Source of the DNA: Dehalococcoidia bacterium
GTDB lineage: Bacteria; Chloroflexota; Dehalococcoidia; Lucifugimonadales; G965248475
Reading direction: 5' to 3'
Length of the DNA: 64,000 nucleotides
NCBI GenBank assembly: GCA_965248475.1
Contig: OZ252106.1
Span: 1,337,365 to 1,401,364, forward strand
Under the pieces are notes generated by a model. The model was not told the origin of the DNA. It searched no databases and was given only the letters and a program-made list of their open reading frames with translations. Shown here in pieces: positions 55,575 to 64,000 of the stretch. The translations under genes and the position numbers were made by a program. Numbering within the stretch: position 1 is the stretch's first letter; each line of letters starts with the position of its first letter.

Positions 55575-58500
55575 TCAGATGGTGAGCTTGCGGTACAGCA
55601 TGGGCAGCCGGCTGGGCAGAGCATTGATGTCCGTCAACACCTCATAGCCCATGTCCTGACACATGGTCGCCAGGTAGTCGTGGCCAGCTTTGTCCACAGT
55701 CAAGCAGAAGGGTGTGATGTCCAAACGTCGGGCCTCTGTTAAGGCCATCTTTGTATCGTGGACGGCATACTCCTTCTCCACACCTTCCCTGCTATAACCA
55801 CGGTCCTGGGGACGGCCATCGCTGATAAGGAAGAGCAGTTTGGTGCGCGCGTCCTGTTTAGCCAGCTTGGAGGTGGCATGCCGGATGGCTGGTCCCATGC
55901 GCGTGGCGTGGAGCGGCGTGATCTTGTCAATGCGCCGCTTGATTCTATCGGTCAGGTTCTCCTCGATGTCCTTGATAACGTAGAACTCGACATTGTCCCG
56001 CCCATAGCCTGAGAAGCCGTAGATACCATATATATCGCCTATGGTCTCCAGAGCGTTGATGAGCAGGACTATGCTCTCCTTCTCCAGGTCTATTATGCGT
56101 TTGTAGCTTCTGCGCTGGCCTTCACTGCGGCGATTGCGCAACCAGACCATGTACTCCACCGGATCGTCCGGGGCGTCCCAATCTTCGGCGAGGCGATGGG
56201 CCTCGTCTATGGCCTCAGCGGTAGAAGCGCTCATGTCGAGGAGGAACACGACTGCCACGTCCCGCTCAATCTTGTTACGACGCCAGTAGACCTTGTCATC
56301 GGGCTGAAGGCCTGTCCACCTTTCTATTACGGCCTCCACTACGGAGTCCAGGTCGAAGTCGTCACCATCGGGGAGATGTTTGATCTTTTTGAGCTGCTCA
56401 GGAGCAAGCATTTCAAACTGCCGGCGGATCTGCTTCATAAGAGTGGAATAGCTGTGCAGCGTCTCCAGATAGAATGCTGGATCGCCTTCAGTCATGGGCT
56501 TCTCCCGGACCATGCACCAACGCGGCTTGTAGTCCATTGCGCGGAAGTCCCACTCGTCATAGGTGAAAGTCTTAGGCTCAACAACCTCCAGGACGCCGCC
56601 GTCCTCGTCAGCATGGGGAATGGGTGCATACCCTTCGCCCGGTACCGGGGGTGGAGCGGAGCCTGCCTCTTTGAGAAGGTTGTCGACGAACATGGCCAGG
56701 TCGCTGTTGAACTCACCGCCCTCGGCGTCCAGTTCCAGCTCCGGGTTGTCTGCCAACATCTGCTCCAGCATCTCCTTGGAGATCTCCATACCCGCGCGCT
56801 GCTCTCCCTGCTCACCCTCTTCGGCTCTCTCCCGTAAGGTCGTCAGCAACTGGTTCAGCTCAGGTTTGAAGTCGCCACGATAGTCGACCTGTGGCGGCGA
56901 GTCGTATGCCTCAGGCTCGGCTGTCTGGTCGACCATATCCTCCATGGAGGGTTCGCCACGGAGTTGGGAAAGGAGGCTTTCCAACTCCTCGTCGGAGGCG
57001 TCTTCGTCGTCGAAGTCCATCTCCGTCCACTCCTCCTCAGGAATTTCTACGTTTGGGGCATCGGCGATGATCTCGTAGACGCGGATGGCGGCCTCGGAGG
57101 TATCCTCCACCGTAGCTTCAACGCGGTAGAGCCTCCGGGCAATCTGGTCTACGGCCCATGCCCGCTCCATAAAGATATCCGGTACAAGTACGCGTTCATC
57201 CTTGCGGAGGCTGATGCGGACCAGGAGCTCCACCATGGCCTCTTGCAGAGGCAAGGTCTGTATCTGTGGGCGGGTCTCTAAGGCGTCCATCTGGACCCGC
57301 CTATAGGCAGAGGCCACGCCGGGGTATTCAGCCTTGACCCGGAAGTCCAGCCGGCCATCCTCCAGGGCAGTAAAGATGTCCTGAGCCAGCTTCCGGTCAT
57401 CGAACATGTTGAAGAACCGGCCCATGTCCGTCAGGTAGCCTGTCTCCGCGCTGATGGCGTCGCCGTTGGGCGCAGGCTGTGGCACGGTGACCTGGACATC
57501 GGTGCCCATGCCCGTAATTTCCAATGGAGCCTGAATCTGCTCCACTCGGTCGGTTGGGTCGGCCTGGAGCATCACCTGGGCCGCTTCCTCATGGGATGCC
57601 CGTGTATCCAGGAACTGAGTGGACGGCGTCTCAAATACAAAGCCGAAACTTCCGAACTCAATGTGGGCCACCTGGTGAGTGGAGACCACCTTGTACAGGG
57701 AAAAATTGTCCTGTTTCGAGTCGTACTTATCGGCCACTGCAGGTAGGTAGACCATGCTGCCCTCTGTGGCAGCGTGCTGCTCCGACACCCAGCCTATATT
57801 CTTGGAGAGTAGGTCCTGAGTATCAGCTATGTCCACATCGGAACCGGCCAAGGCCTGGCAGTACATGCGCAGTATCTCTCTAACCCGATCCAACTCGACG
57901 GAGGCAGATAGGGCCTCCAGGACGGCCTCAGATGTCTTGGACTCTACCTTGAAATAGGCAAGTCCTCCATCCTGGTTCTCGTCGAGTATGTCCATACCGG
58001 TCTCGAACCAGGACCCGAGCTGTGGTTGGCTGATCTTCACCAGCAGTTCCGGGCCACTGCGAATGAATGCACCAACGGCCTCATGGGACAGGGGCAGCAA
58101 CTTCTCCGCCATGTCCAGAATGAGACCCTGGCTGGCGCTCTCAACCCGGGCCAGAGAGGATGAGCTTTCGCTCAAGAACAGCGACATGTTAGAGAGGCCC
58201 CCCTGCGCCAGCATTGCCGAAAGGTCCAGAAAGCGGCTGCGCTGTTCCAGGGCAACGTTGGTCAGCACTCTGGAGATGTGCTCGAAGCAGCCCTTGACGT
58301 CACGCCAGTTGGATTCGGCCACGGCGTGGGAGAGTTTTATGAATGGCAGGCGATCTTCACCGATTTGAGGCAGGACGTGCTGTCCAAGAAGAAGGCAGTC
58401 CGCCGCCAGGTCAGAAGACTTATGGGACAGGGTATCAAGCAGCTCAGCGAAGCGGGCTACCTCCTGGTATCCCATGGATTCAAGAAGGTTGCCACTGACA

Positions 58501-58925
58501 TCAAAGAATTTGGCAGCCAGAGCGCTGGACTTCCACGTACCACGGTAGAGACTCCGACCCATATCAGCCCAGCCCTGAATGTACCGAGGGCGCAGGTGCT
58601 GTACGGTGAGAGGGCTGGCCTTGAAGAAGGCGACGCCCAGAGTAGGCGACTCCTTGCACAACCTAGTGCCGCACTGGCCCCAGTCCAGCAGTTGGACTGG
58701 GGAGAGCTCCTGGACCACCTGCGGGCTTACGCGAAAATATTCAGAGGCAGCCTCCCACGAACGTACCGCCTGATGAGCGATTTCCACACCTTGATTGGCC
58801 CAGTTCGCCAGCTCTGATTCGGTTAGCTGACCATTGAACGCATCAGTAGCCTGCTTGAACTCCTCCACCACAGAGGATGGGAACCGCTTCAGTTCCTGCT
58901 CCATCTCTTCAAGACCGGTAGTCAT
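55575..58925 (-). CDS. Large CbbO/NorD-type vWA protein
   Basis: YDEWD, LLDMSAST, TRMGPAIRHA, ISDGRP, CLTVD. Confidence 0.88.
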   Translation of the reverse strand: MTTGLEEMEQELKRFPSSVVEEFKQATDAFNGQLTESELANWANQGVEIAHQAVRSWEAASEYFRVSPQVVQELSPVQLLDWGQCGTRLCKESPTLGVAFFKASPLTVQHLRPRYIQGWADMGRSLYRGTWKSSALAAKFFDVSGNLLESMGYQEVARFAELLDTLSHKSSDLAADCLLLGQHVLPQIGEDRLPFIKLSHAVAESNWRDVKGCFEHISRVLTNVALEQRSRFLDLSAMLAQGGLSNMSLFLSESSSSLARVESASQGLILDMAEKLLPLSHEAVGAFIRSGPELLVKISQPQLGSWFETGMDILDENQDGGLAYFKVESKTSEAVLEALSASVELDRVREILRMYCQALAGSDVDIADTQDLLSKNIGWVSEQHAATEGSMVYLPAVADKYDSKQDNFSLYKVVSTHQVAHIEFGSFGFVFETPSTQFLDTRASHEEAAQVMLQADPTDRVEQIQAPLEITGMGTDVQVTVPQPAPNGDAISAETGYLTDMGRFFNMFDDRKLAQDIFTALEDGRLDFRVKAEYPGVASAYRRVQMDALETRPQIQTLPLQEAMVELLVRISLRKDERVLVPDIFMERAWAVDQIARRLYRVEATVEDTSEAAIRVYEIIADAPNVEIPEEEWTEMDFDDEDASDEELESLLSQLRGEPSMEDMVDQTAEPEAYDSPPQVDYRGDFKPELNQLLTTLRERAEEGEQGEQRAGMEISKEMLEQMLADNPELELDAEGGEFNSDLAMFVDNLLKEAGSAPPPVPGEGYAPIPHADEDGGVLEVVEPKTFTYDEWDFRAMDYKPRWCMVREKPMTEGDPAFYLETLHSYSTLMKQIRRQFEMLAPEQLKKIKHLPDGDDFDLDSVVEAVIERWTGLQPDDKVYWRRNKIERDVAVVFLLDMSASTAEAIDEAHRLAEDWDAPDDPVEYMVWLRNRRSEGQRRSYKRIIDLEKESIVLLINALETIGDIYGIYGFSGYGRDNVEFYVIKDIEENLTDRIKRRIDKITPLHATRMGPAIRHATSKLAKQDARTKLLFLISDGRPQDRGYSREGVEKEYAVHDTKMALTEARRLDITPFCLTVDKAGHDYLATMCQDMGYEVLTDINALPSRLPMLYRKLTI

Positions 58926-58993
58926 AGTTTCTCTTTCCCTATTCGGCCAGTTGGTCGCGGTACAGACAATTGCTTTTCCCGTCAATCATGCGC

Positions 58994-59593
58994 CTAGGAG
59001 CGCACCGCCTCTTCCGACCAGCCCGCACCCTGTAGGAGCTCTAGGAATTGCTGGAGTATCCGAGCCGTGGCACCATAAATGAGATGAGGCCCGTAAGCAT
59101 AGGTCCGAGCATTGACGGAGGTGCCGTCAGCCATAACCCGTGTCTGATCCCGAATGTTGCGGTCATCAAAGAGATGCGCCAAGGGTACCTCTACAACAGC
59201 GGCCACCTCAGCCGGACTCGGGATAAAGCCATAGGGATAGGGGATGGTACCCACGTAGGGATGGATGGTGAAGCCGGCGCGGGTGGTGGTGCCGTCCAAC
59301 TCTCCAAAAATAGTGATGTCTTCAGCCCGAACTCCCATCTCCTCAAATGCCTCACGGCGGGCCGTGACCTCCAAGTCCGCGTCTTCCGGATCCCTGGACC
59401 CACCTGGGAAGCACATCTCACCCTTGTTGAACTCCACCTCCTCTGACCGCTTGTTGAACAGGACACAGTAGTCGCCGTCCTTGGGATAGAGAAGGAGCAG
59501 TACGGCCGACTCCATCAGATCGGAACCCGTGATGGAGTGGACCTCTCTGTTCGAGAGGGCGCTCCGCACCAGCTGTAGTGTTTTATCTTCCAC
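58994..59593 (-). CDS. Nudix CoA pyrophosphatase-like
   Basis: SAVLLLL, GEMCFPGG, ARREAFEEMG, IYGATA. Confidence 0.88.
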   Translation of the reverse strand: MEDKTLQLVRSALSNREVHSITGSDLMESAVLLLLYPKDGDYCVLFNKRSEEVEFNKGEMCFPGGSRDPEDADLEVTARREAFEEMGVRAEDITIFGELDGTTTRAGFTIHPYVGTIPYPYGFIPSPAEVAAVVEVPLAHLFDDRNIRDQTRVMADGTSVNARTYAYGPHLIYGATARILQQFLELLQGAGWSEEAVRS

Positions 59594-59620
59594 TAAGCGT
59601 TCGTCTCCGGGAGTCCAGGA

Positions 59621-60523
59621 CTATTCAAATATGGAGGAGACTACTTCCTCCATGCTCTGTTGGATTTCAGTATCGTCGGTGACACCCCACACAATAGCCA
59701 CCTGGCATGCCCGCCGGGACTCTATGCCCTGGTTCATGAGCTTTCCAGCATAGATCAGAAGGCGGGTACTGCTGCCTTCAGAAAGGCCGTGGTCCTTCAG
59801 GTTGCGTATCTTTTCGCCCAGCAGAGCCAGGGAGGTGGCCTGAGAGGCAGGGATGACGGCCTCATGCTCAATTATCTTAGCCTCGCGGTCGCGGTCAGGA
59901 TAGTTGAACTCTATTGAGATGAACCGCTGCCTGGTACTGTGTTTCAGGTCCTTCAAGGCGCTCTGGTAACCTGGATTGTAGGACATACACAGCAGAAACC
60001 CGTCATGGGCCTCCATTATCTGTCCACGCTTCTCTATGGGAAGCACGCGACGATGGTCGGTAAGAGGGTGGATAAGGACAGTGGTGTCCTTTCTGGCCTC
60101 AACGACCTCGTCCATGTAGCAGATGGCTCCTACCTTAACGGCACGAGTCAGGGGGCCATCGATCCATTTGGTCTCTTCGCCTTCAAGTAGATACCTACCA
60201 ACCAGGTCACTAGCGGTCAAGTCTTCGTGACAGGCGACGGTGATAAGAGGGATGCTATGGCCGTTTTCTTCGGCCTGCGCCGCCTTACCACGGCGTCCAG
60301 CGCTGGTCGCCGGCTGACTGAGCCGCCAGGCCATATGCTCAACGAACCTGGTCTTGCCGCAACCGGTCGGCCCCTTGAGCAGTACAGGTATCTTCTGGCG
60401 GTAAGCGGCCTCAAACAGTTCTATCTCATCAGATACGGGTATGTAAAAAGGCTCCTCAGATAGGATGTACTCCTCAATACGCAACTCTTTGAAAGAGGCC
60501 TCGGTCTCTTTGGTAGTAGTCAA
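59621..60523 (-). CDS. CbbQ/NirQ/NorQ AAA+ ATPase
   Basis: KGPTGCGKTRF, CHEDLTASDL, DEVVEAR, STRQRF, STRLLIYA. Confidence 0.93.
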   Translation of the reverse strand: MTTTKETEASFKELRIEEYILSEEPFYIPVSDEIELFEAAYRQKIPVLLKGPTGCGKTRFVEHMAWRLSQPATSAGRRGKAAQAEENGHSIPLITVACHEDLTASDLVGRYLLEGEETKWIDGPLTRAVKVGAICYMDEVVEARKDTTVLIHPLTDHRRVLPIEKRGQIMEAHDGFLLCMSYNPGYQSALKDLKHSTRQRFISIEFNYPDRDREAKIIEHEAVIPASQATSLALLGEKIRNLKDHGLSEGSSTRLLIYAGKLMNQGIESRRACQVAIVWGVTDDTEIQQSMEEVVSSIFE

Positions 60524-61125
60524 CTGACCCTCCCTTGCACGCGGCTATCCCAAAGTTCTTTAATGCGCTGTTTAAGTTGCTCGATCCCCTCGTCATTATG
60601 AATGACCACGGTGGCGTGCCCGGCACGCTCCTCACGTGTCATCTGAGACTTGATCCGACGGCGTATCTCATCTTCAGGCAGGTTATTCCGCCGGCCTACT
60701 CTTTCCACTACAACCTCTTCAGTAGAATCTGTGACCCACACCTCGTCCACCAGCGAAGCCCAATCGGCCTCTATGAGTATCGCCGCCTCCAGCACGGCCA
60801 CCTCGACCCCCTGCCCTCTCAGCGCTTCGAGCCGCTCCCGAATCATCTCACGCATCCTGGGATGCATGATTCCGTTCAGCTTGGCCATGGCGTCGGGATC
60901 GGAGAAGACGATACCCCCCAGCTTCCTGCGGTCTATCTCTTGATCGGGTTGAAGAATCTCGTCGCCGAAGGCCTGCACCACGGCCTGCCACGTCTCTGTA
61001 TTTGGAAGATAGGCCTCGTGTCCGACACGGTCGGCGTCGATCAGTTCGGCACCAAGCTCATTCAGGATACGTGAAACCTCGCTCTTACCAGAACCTATGC
61101 CGCCCGTGAGGCCGATGACTATCAT
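60520..61125 (-). CDS. coaE: Dephospho-CoA kinase
   Basis: IGLTGGIGSGKS, IDAD, IDRRKLG, IMHP. Confidence 0.96.
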   Translation of the reverse strand: MIVIGLTGGIGSGKSEVSRILNELGAELIDADRVGHEAYLPNTETWQAVVQAFGDEILQPDQEIDRRKLGGIVFSDPDAMAKLNGIMHPRMREMIRERLEALRGQGVEVAVLEAAILIEADWASLVDEVWVTDSTEEVVVERVGRRNNLPEDEIRRRIKSQMTREERAGHATVVIHNDEGIEQLKQRIKELWDSRVQGRVS

Positions 61126-61264
61126 TTCACTCCCCAGCGTCTAGAGGTCAATACACCATTTTAGCAACCTGTTATTCCTATGGTCAAGCACGGAACAGAG
61201 TGATTAACACGTTGCTCAGCAGCCCCTATGCTAGAATATCCATAGCTAATTCAAGGAATGAGGA

Positions 61265-62632
61265 ATGTCCAACCGTTATCGCGGGTTGCCCAGCGTTGAC
61301 CTGGTGCTGGCCCAAGAACCTATCCAGGAGCTGGTCCAGGAATATTCCCACGACGCCGTGGTGAGGCTCATACGGCATCAGATCGCAGAGAGGAGAGCCA
61401 CGCTGTCGGAGGACGACGGTGCACCAACGCTCGACGCTGTGGTGGAGGCGGTGACCCATGTGGCACAGCAGTCCTGGCATGCATGGCCCCGACCCGTGAT
61501 CAACGCCACAGGGGTAGTGCTGCACACCAATCTGGGACGAGCGCCCCTGAGCGCAGACGCTGTGGAGGCCATGATAGTGGCGGCCCAGGGATACACTGAT
61601 CTGGAGTTGGATCTGGAGTCCGGCGAAAGAGGCTCCCGCCAGGCATACGTAGCCTCGCTGCTATGCCAGCTTACGGGTGCCGAAGCCGCACTGGTGGTGA
61701 ACAACAACGCATCGGCGATAGCGCTGAGCCTGGCGGCGGTTGCCGAGAGCAAAGAGGTGATCGTATCGCGGGGAGAGGCGGTGGAGATAGGCGGCGGTTT
61801 CCGCATTCCAGACGTGCTATCGCAGAGCGGCGCCCGCCTGGTAGCGGTCGGCACCACTAACCGCACCTACGTGTCCGACTACGAATCGGCCATCAGCGAC
61901 GAGATAGGCGCCCTGCTGAAGGTCCATGCCAGCAACTTCCGTGTGGTGGGTTTCACCCATGCCCCAGCCATAACGGACCTGGTGGAACTGGGGGCTAAAC
62001 ACGGTGTCCCAGTCCTGAACGACCTTGGCTCAGGGTGCCTGCTAGAGACATCTGAGTTTGGGTTGGCCCATGAGCCCACGGTTCAAGAAAGCGTAGCCGC
62101 AGGGTGCGACCTGCTCTTCTTCTCCGGCGACAAGCTCCTTGGCGGCCCCCAGGCGGGCATCGTTGTGGGCAAGAAGGAGCTTGTCAGCAGGTTGGAGCAC
62201 CATCCACTGGCCCGGGCGGTCCGCATCGACAAGCTGGGGTTGGCAGCACTGACAGCGACACTGATACATTACCTGAAGGAGGAGGCGACCAGCGCCATTC
62301 CTATATGGAGGATGATCGCTAGCTCCAGTAATGAACTGAAACGCAGGGCGACACGTTGGAAGAGGGCCATAGGGTCTAATTCGAGCCTGATGCAGGGCGA
62401 GTCGGCGATTGGAGGCGGCAGCCTGCCGGACGAGACGCTGCCGACATGGCTGGTGACCATGAGCGCGGCGAATGCCACCGGTGGCACTGAGGCCTTGGCC
62501 TCACGTCTGCGGCAGAGCGACCCGCCCGTGATGGCGCGGATACAGGATGACCTGGTGGTGCTGGATCCTCGCACAGTGCTGCCGGAAGAGGAGCGAGCGC
62601 TGGTGCGGGTGGTGAAGGCTGCTGTGAGGTAG
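61265..62632 (+). CDS. selA: L-seryl-tRNA(Sec) selenium transferase
   Basis: VINATGVVLHTNLGRA, VNNNA, EIGGGFRIP, FSGDKLLGGPQAG. Confidence 0.96.
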   Translation: MSNRYRGLPSVDLVLAQEPIQELVQEYSHDAVVRLIRHQIAERRATLSEDDGAPTLDAVVEAVTHVAQQSWHAWPRPVINATGVVLHTNLGRAPLSADAVEAMIVAAQGYTDLELDLESGERGSRQAYVASLLCQLTGAEAALVVNNNASAIALSLAAVAESKEVIVSRGEAVEIGGGFRIPDVLSQSGARLVAVGTTNRTYVSDYESAISDEIGALLKVHASNFRVVGFTHAPAITDLVELGAKHGVPVLNDLGSGCLLETSEFGLAHEPTVQESVAAGCDLLFFSGDKLLGGPQAGIVVGKKELVSRLEHHPLARAVRIDKLGLAALTATLIHYLKEEATSAIPIWRMIASSSNELKRRATRWKRAIGSNSSLMQGESAIGGGSLPDETLPTWLVTMSAANATGGTEALASRLRQSDPPVMARIQDDLVVLDPRTVLPEEERALVRVVKAAVR

Positions 62633-62654
62633 CCGGAAGGAGAAATGTCAGCCA

Positions 62655-62819
62655 ATGGTGGGACTGGTTGCCTTCGACCTGGATGGTACATTGCTACGCG
62701 GCGATACCGTGTGTGAGGGCATTGCGCGGAAGGTTAGTACATCTAGCTTAGGCTTCCCTAATGCAAAGACGTTCCGTTGCGCATGTGGCACCAGAGTAGT
62801 TGTCAGTCCAGGAACGTGA
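62655..62819 (+). pseudogene. N-terminal fragment of a HAD-family hydrolase
   Basis: MVGLVAFDLDGTLLRGDTVCE then sequence degenerates. Confidence 0.55.
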
Positions 62820-62933
62820 CGTAAGCAGTTCATTGACTGGAAGACTTCAGATGAACGATCAGAGAGATAGGGTGATTGACATAGCGGCATATATATGCTA
62901 TACTATAGCCATCTTCTACAGGAATTTGCAGCC

Positions 62934-63308
62934 ATGAAAAAAACAATGATCTACCTTCCAGAGGGGGTTCATGAGGGCCTGCGCAAGCTAGCTTTTGAAA
63001 AGCACGTGTCCATCGCAGAGTTGATCCGGGTTGCTGTTGACTCCACCTACGGCAAGGACACCGAAGACGTCACCACTATCCAAGAGGTCATGGCTGAGTA
63101 TGAGGTCCGCCCTGAAAAGGCCACCAGCCTGGACGCTTATCAAGAGCAACGTGCCGAAAGACCATTGCAATCACCGCGCCCTCAAGGAGCGTTGGCCCTG
63201 GCAGGTGCTTGGCGGGAGGTGAAGGAGAGGGACCTGACATCTCTAGTAGAAGATATCTACGTCAGCAGGGAGAAGGACACAGGTAGACCGGTAGAGCTTG
63301 ATGCCTGA
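62934..63308 (+). CDS. RHH antitoxin (VapB-like)
   Basis: MKKTMIYLPEGVHEGLRKLA..SIAELIR.AV; stop overlaps the PIN toxin start. Confidence 0.75.
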   Translation: MKKTMIYLPEGVHEGLRKLAFEKHVSIAELIRVAVDSTYGKDTEDVTTIQEVMAEYEVRPEKATSLDAYQEQRAERPLQSPRPQGALALAGAWREVKERDLTSLVEDIYVSREKDTGRPVELDA

Positions 63309-63718
63309 TGTACCTCCTGGATTCGGACATCCTTATCAACCTGATCAGGCGCGCGCCGTCAACCATGCTCATCGCCAAGCTGGCGTCGGTGCCTCCTGAG
63401 CAGCAGTTCACATCCAGCATAACCCTGGGAGAGCTGGTCTACGGTGCCTATAAGCTACAGGCACGTACCGATGAACTGCTTCAACAGTTGGAAGAATCCC
63501 TTCTGCCCAACCTGCCTGTGCTCCCATTCGATTCGGCGGCGGCATGGCACTACGGCGAAGTTAGGGCGGAGTTGGAACGCCACGGAATGGGACTAGGTGA
63601 CGCCGACCTGCGCATCGGCTGCATAGCCTTGGCGTATGGTTTTACGATAGTTACGGGTAACGTTCGCCACTTCCAAAGTATTCCCGGGCTAACCGTAGAG
63701 AACTGGATTAGGGAGTGA
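63308..63718 (+). CDS. vapC: PIN-domain toxin
   Basis: YLLDSDILI, ITLGEL, DLRIGCIA, VTGN.RHF. Confidence 0.92.
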   Translation: MYLLDSDILINLIRRAPSTMLIAKLASVPPEQQFTSSITLGELVYGAYKLQARTDELLQQLEESLLPNLPVLPFDSAAAWHYGEVRAELERHGMGLGDADLRIGCIALAYGFTIVTGNVRHFQSIPGLTVENWIRE

Positions 63719-63731
63719 AGGCCACAATCTA

Positions 63732-63992
63732 ATGCCATCCACCGTATCCGAAGAGCTCCACCTGCGCCGCCTCACGATAGATGAGGCCCTGTACCGCCTG
63801 GAACCGTACCTGGACGCCGCCTTCATGGCGGGTTACGCGTCTGTGCGCGTCATCCACGGCAAGGGCACCGGCGCAGTGAGGCGGGCCGTCCATGAGCGGC
63901 TGACCAGGCACCCGCTGGTACGAGAATATCGCCTGGCGCCATCCGGCGACGGCGATACAGGAGTGACCATTGTGGAGCTGGCGAGGCGGTAG
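63732..63992 (+). CDS. Stand-alone Smr-domain protein
   Basis: LHLRRL..DEA, VIHGKGTG, GDTGVT. Confidence 0.88.
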   Translation: MPSTVSEELHLRRLTIDEALYRLEPYLDAAFMAGYASVRVIHGKGTGAVRRAVHERLTRHPLVREYRLAPSGDGDTGVTIVELARR

Positions 63993-64000
63993 GCATTTAG

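Overview
Two distinct halves. (1) 1-~35,900 is an integrative conjugative element (ICE) inserted at the 3' end of tRNA-Lys(TTT), 35895-35971 (-). From right to left it carries: a large serine recombinase whose ORF runs antisense through the tRNA; an ImmR/ImmA-like switch; an array of paralogous HTH genes; DUF3800 followed by a candidate small RNA; a monoderm-type transfer operon (VirB6-like, two pilin-like, a giant PrgI fusion, VirB4, coupling protein, tandem Replic_Relax relaxase); a long minus-strand replication/recombination operon (primase, Rad52/22, Cas4-like nuclease, SSB, RadC, methyltransferase, SF2 helicase); and a MORC-ATPase/Z1 (Mza-like) defence cargo running off the left edge. (2) 36,000-64,000 is host chromosome: lepB, ECF sigma/anti-sigma, dcd, rib operon, tag, an unannotated CxxU selenoprotein, dapB-asd-dapA, rpsO-pnp, cinA, tenA, a degraded nirK, CbbQ/vWA, coaE, selA, vapBC, Smr. 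The host looks like a GC-rich Chloroflexota (Dehalococcoidia-like); this is an inference only. Best novel signal: the 921-aa PrgI-fusion protein has mirror-image nested repeats (3x15 aa + 14x8 aa out, a 29-aa turn, 14x8 aa + 3x15 aa back), predicting a roughly 50-nm antiparallel beta-hairpin as part of a conjugation machine. All family calls come from motif recognition by eye; no searches were run.
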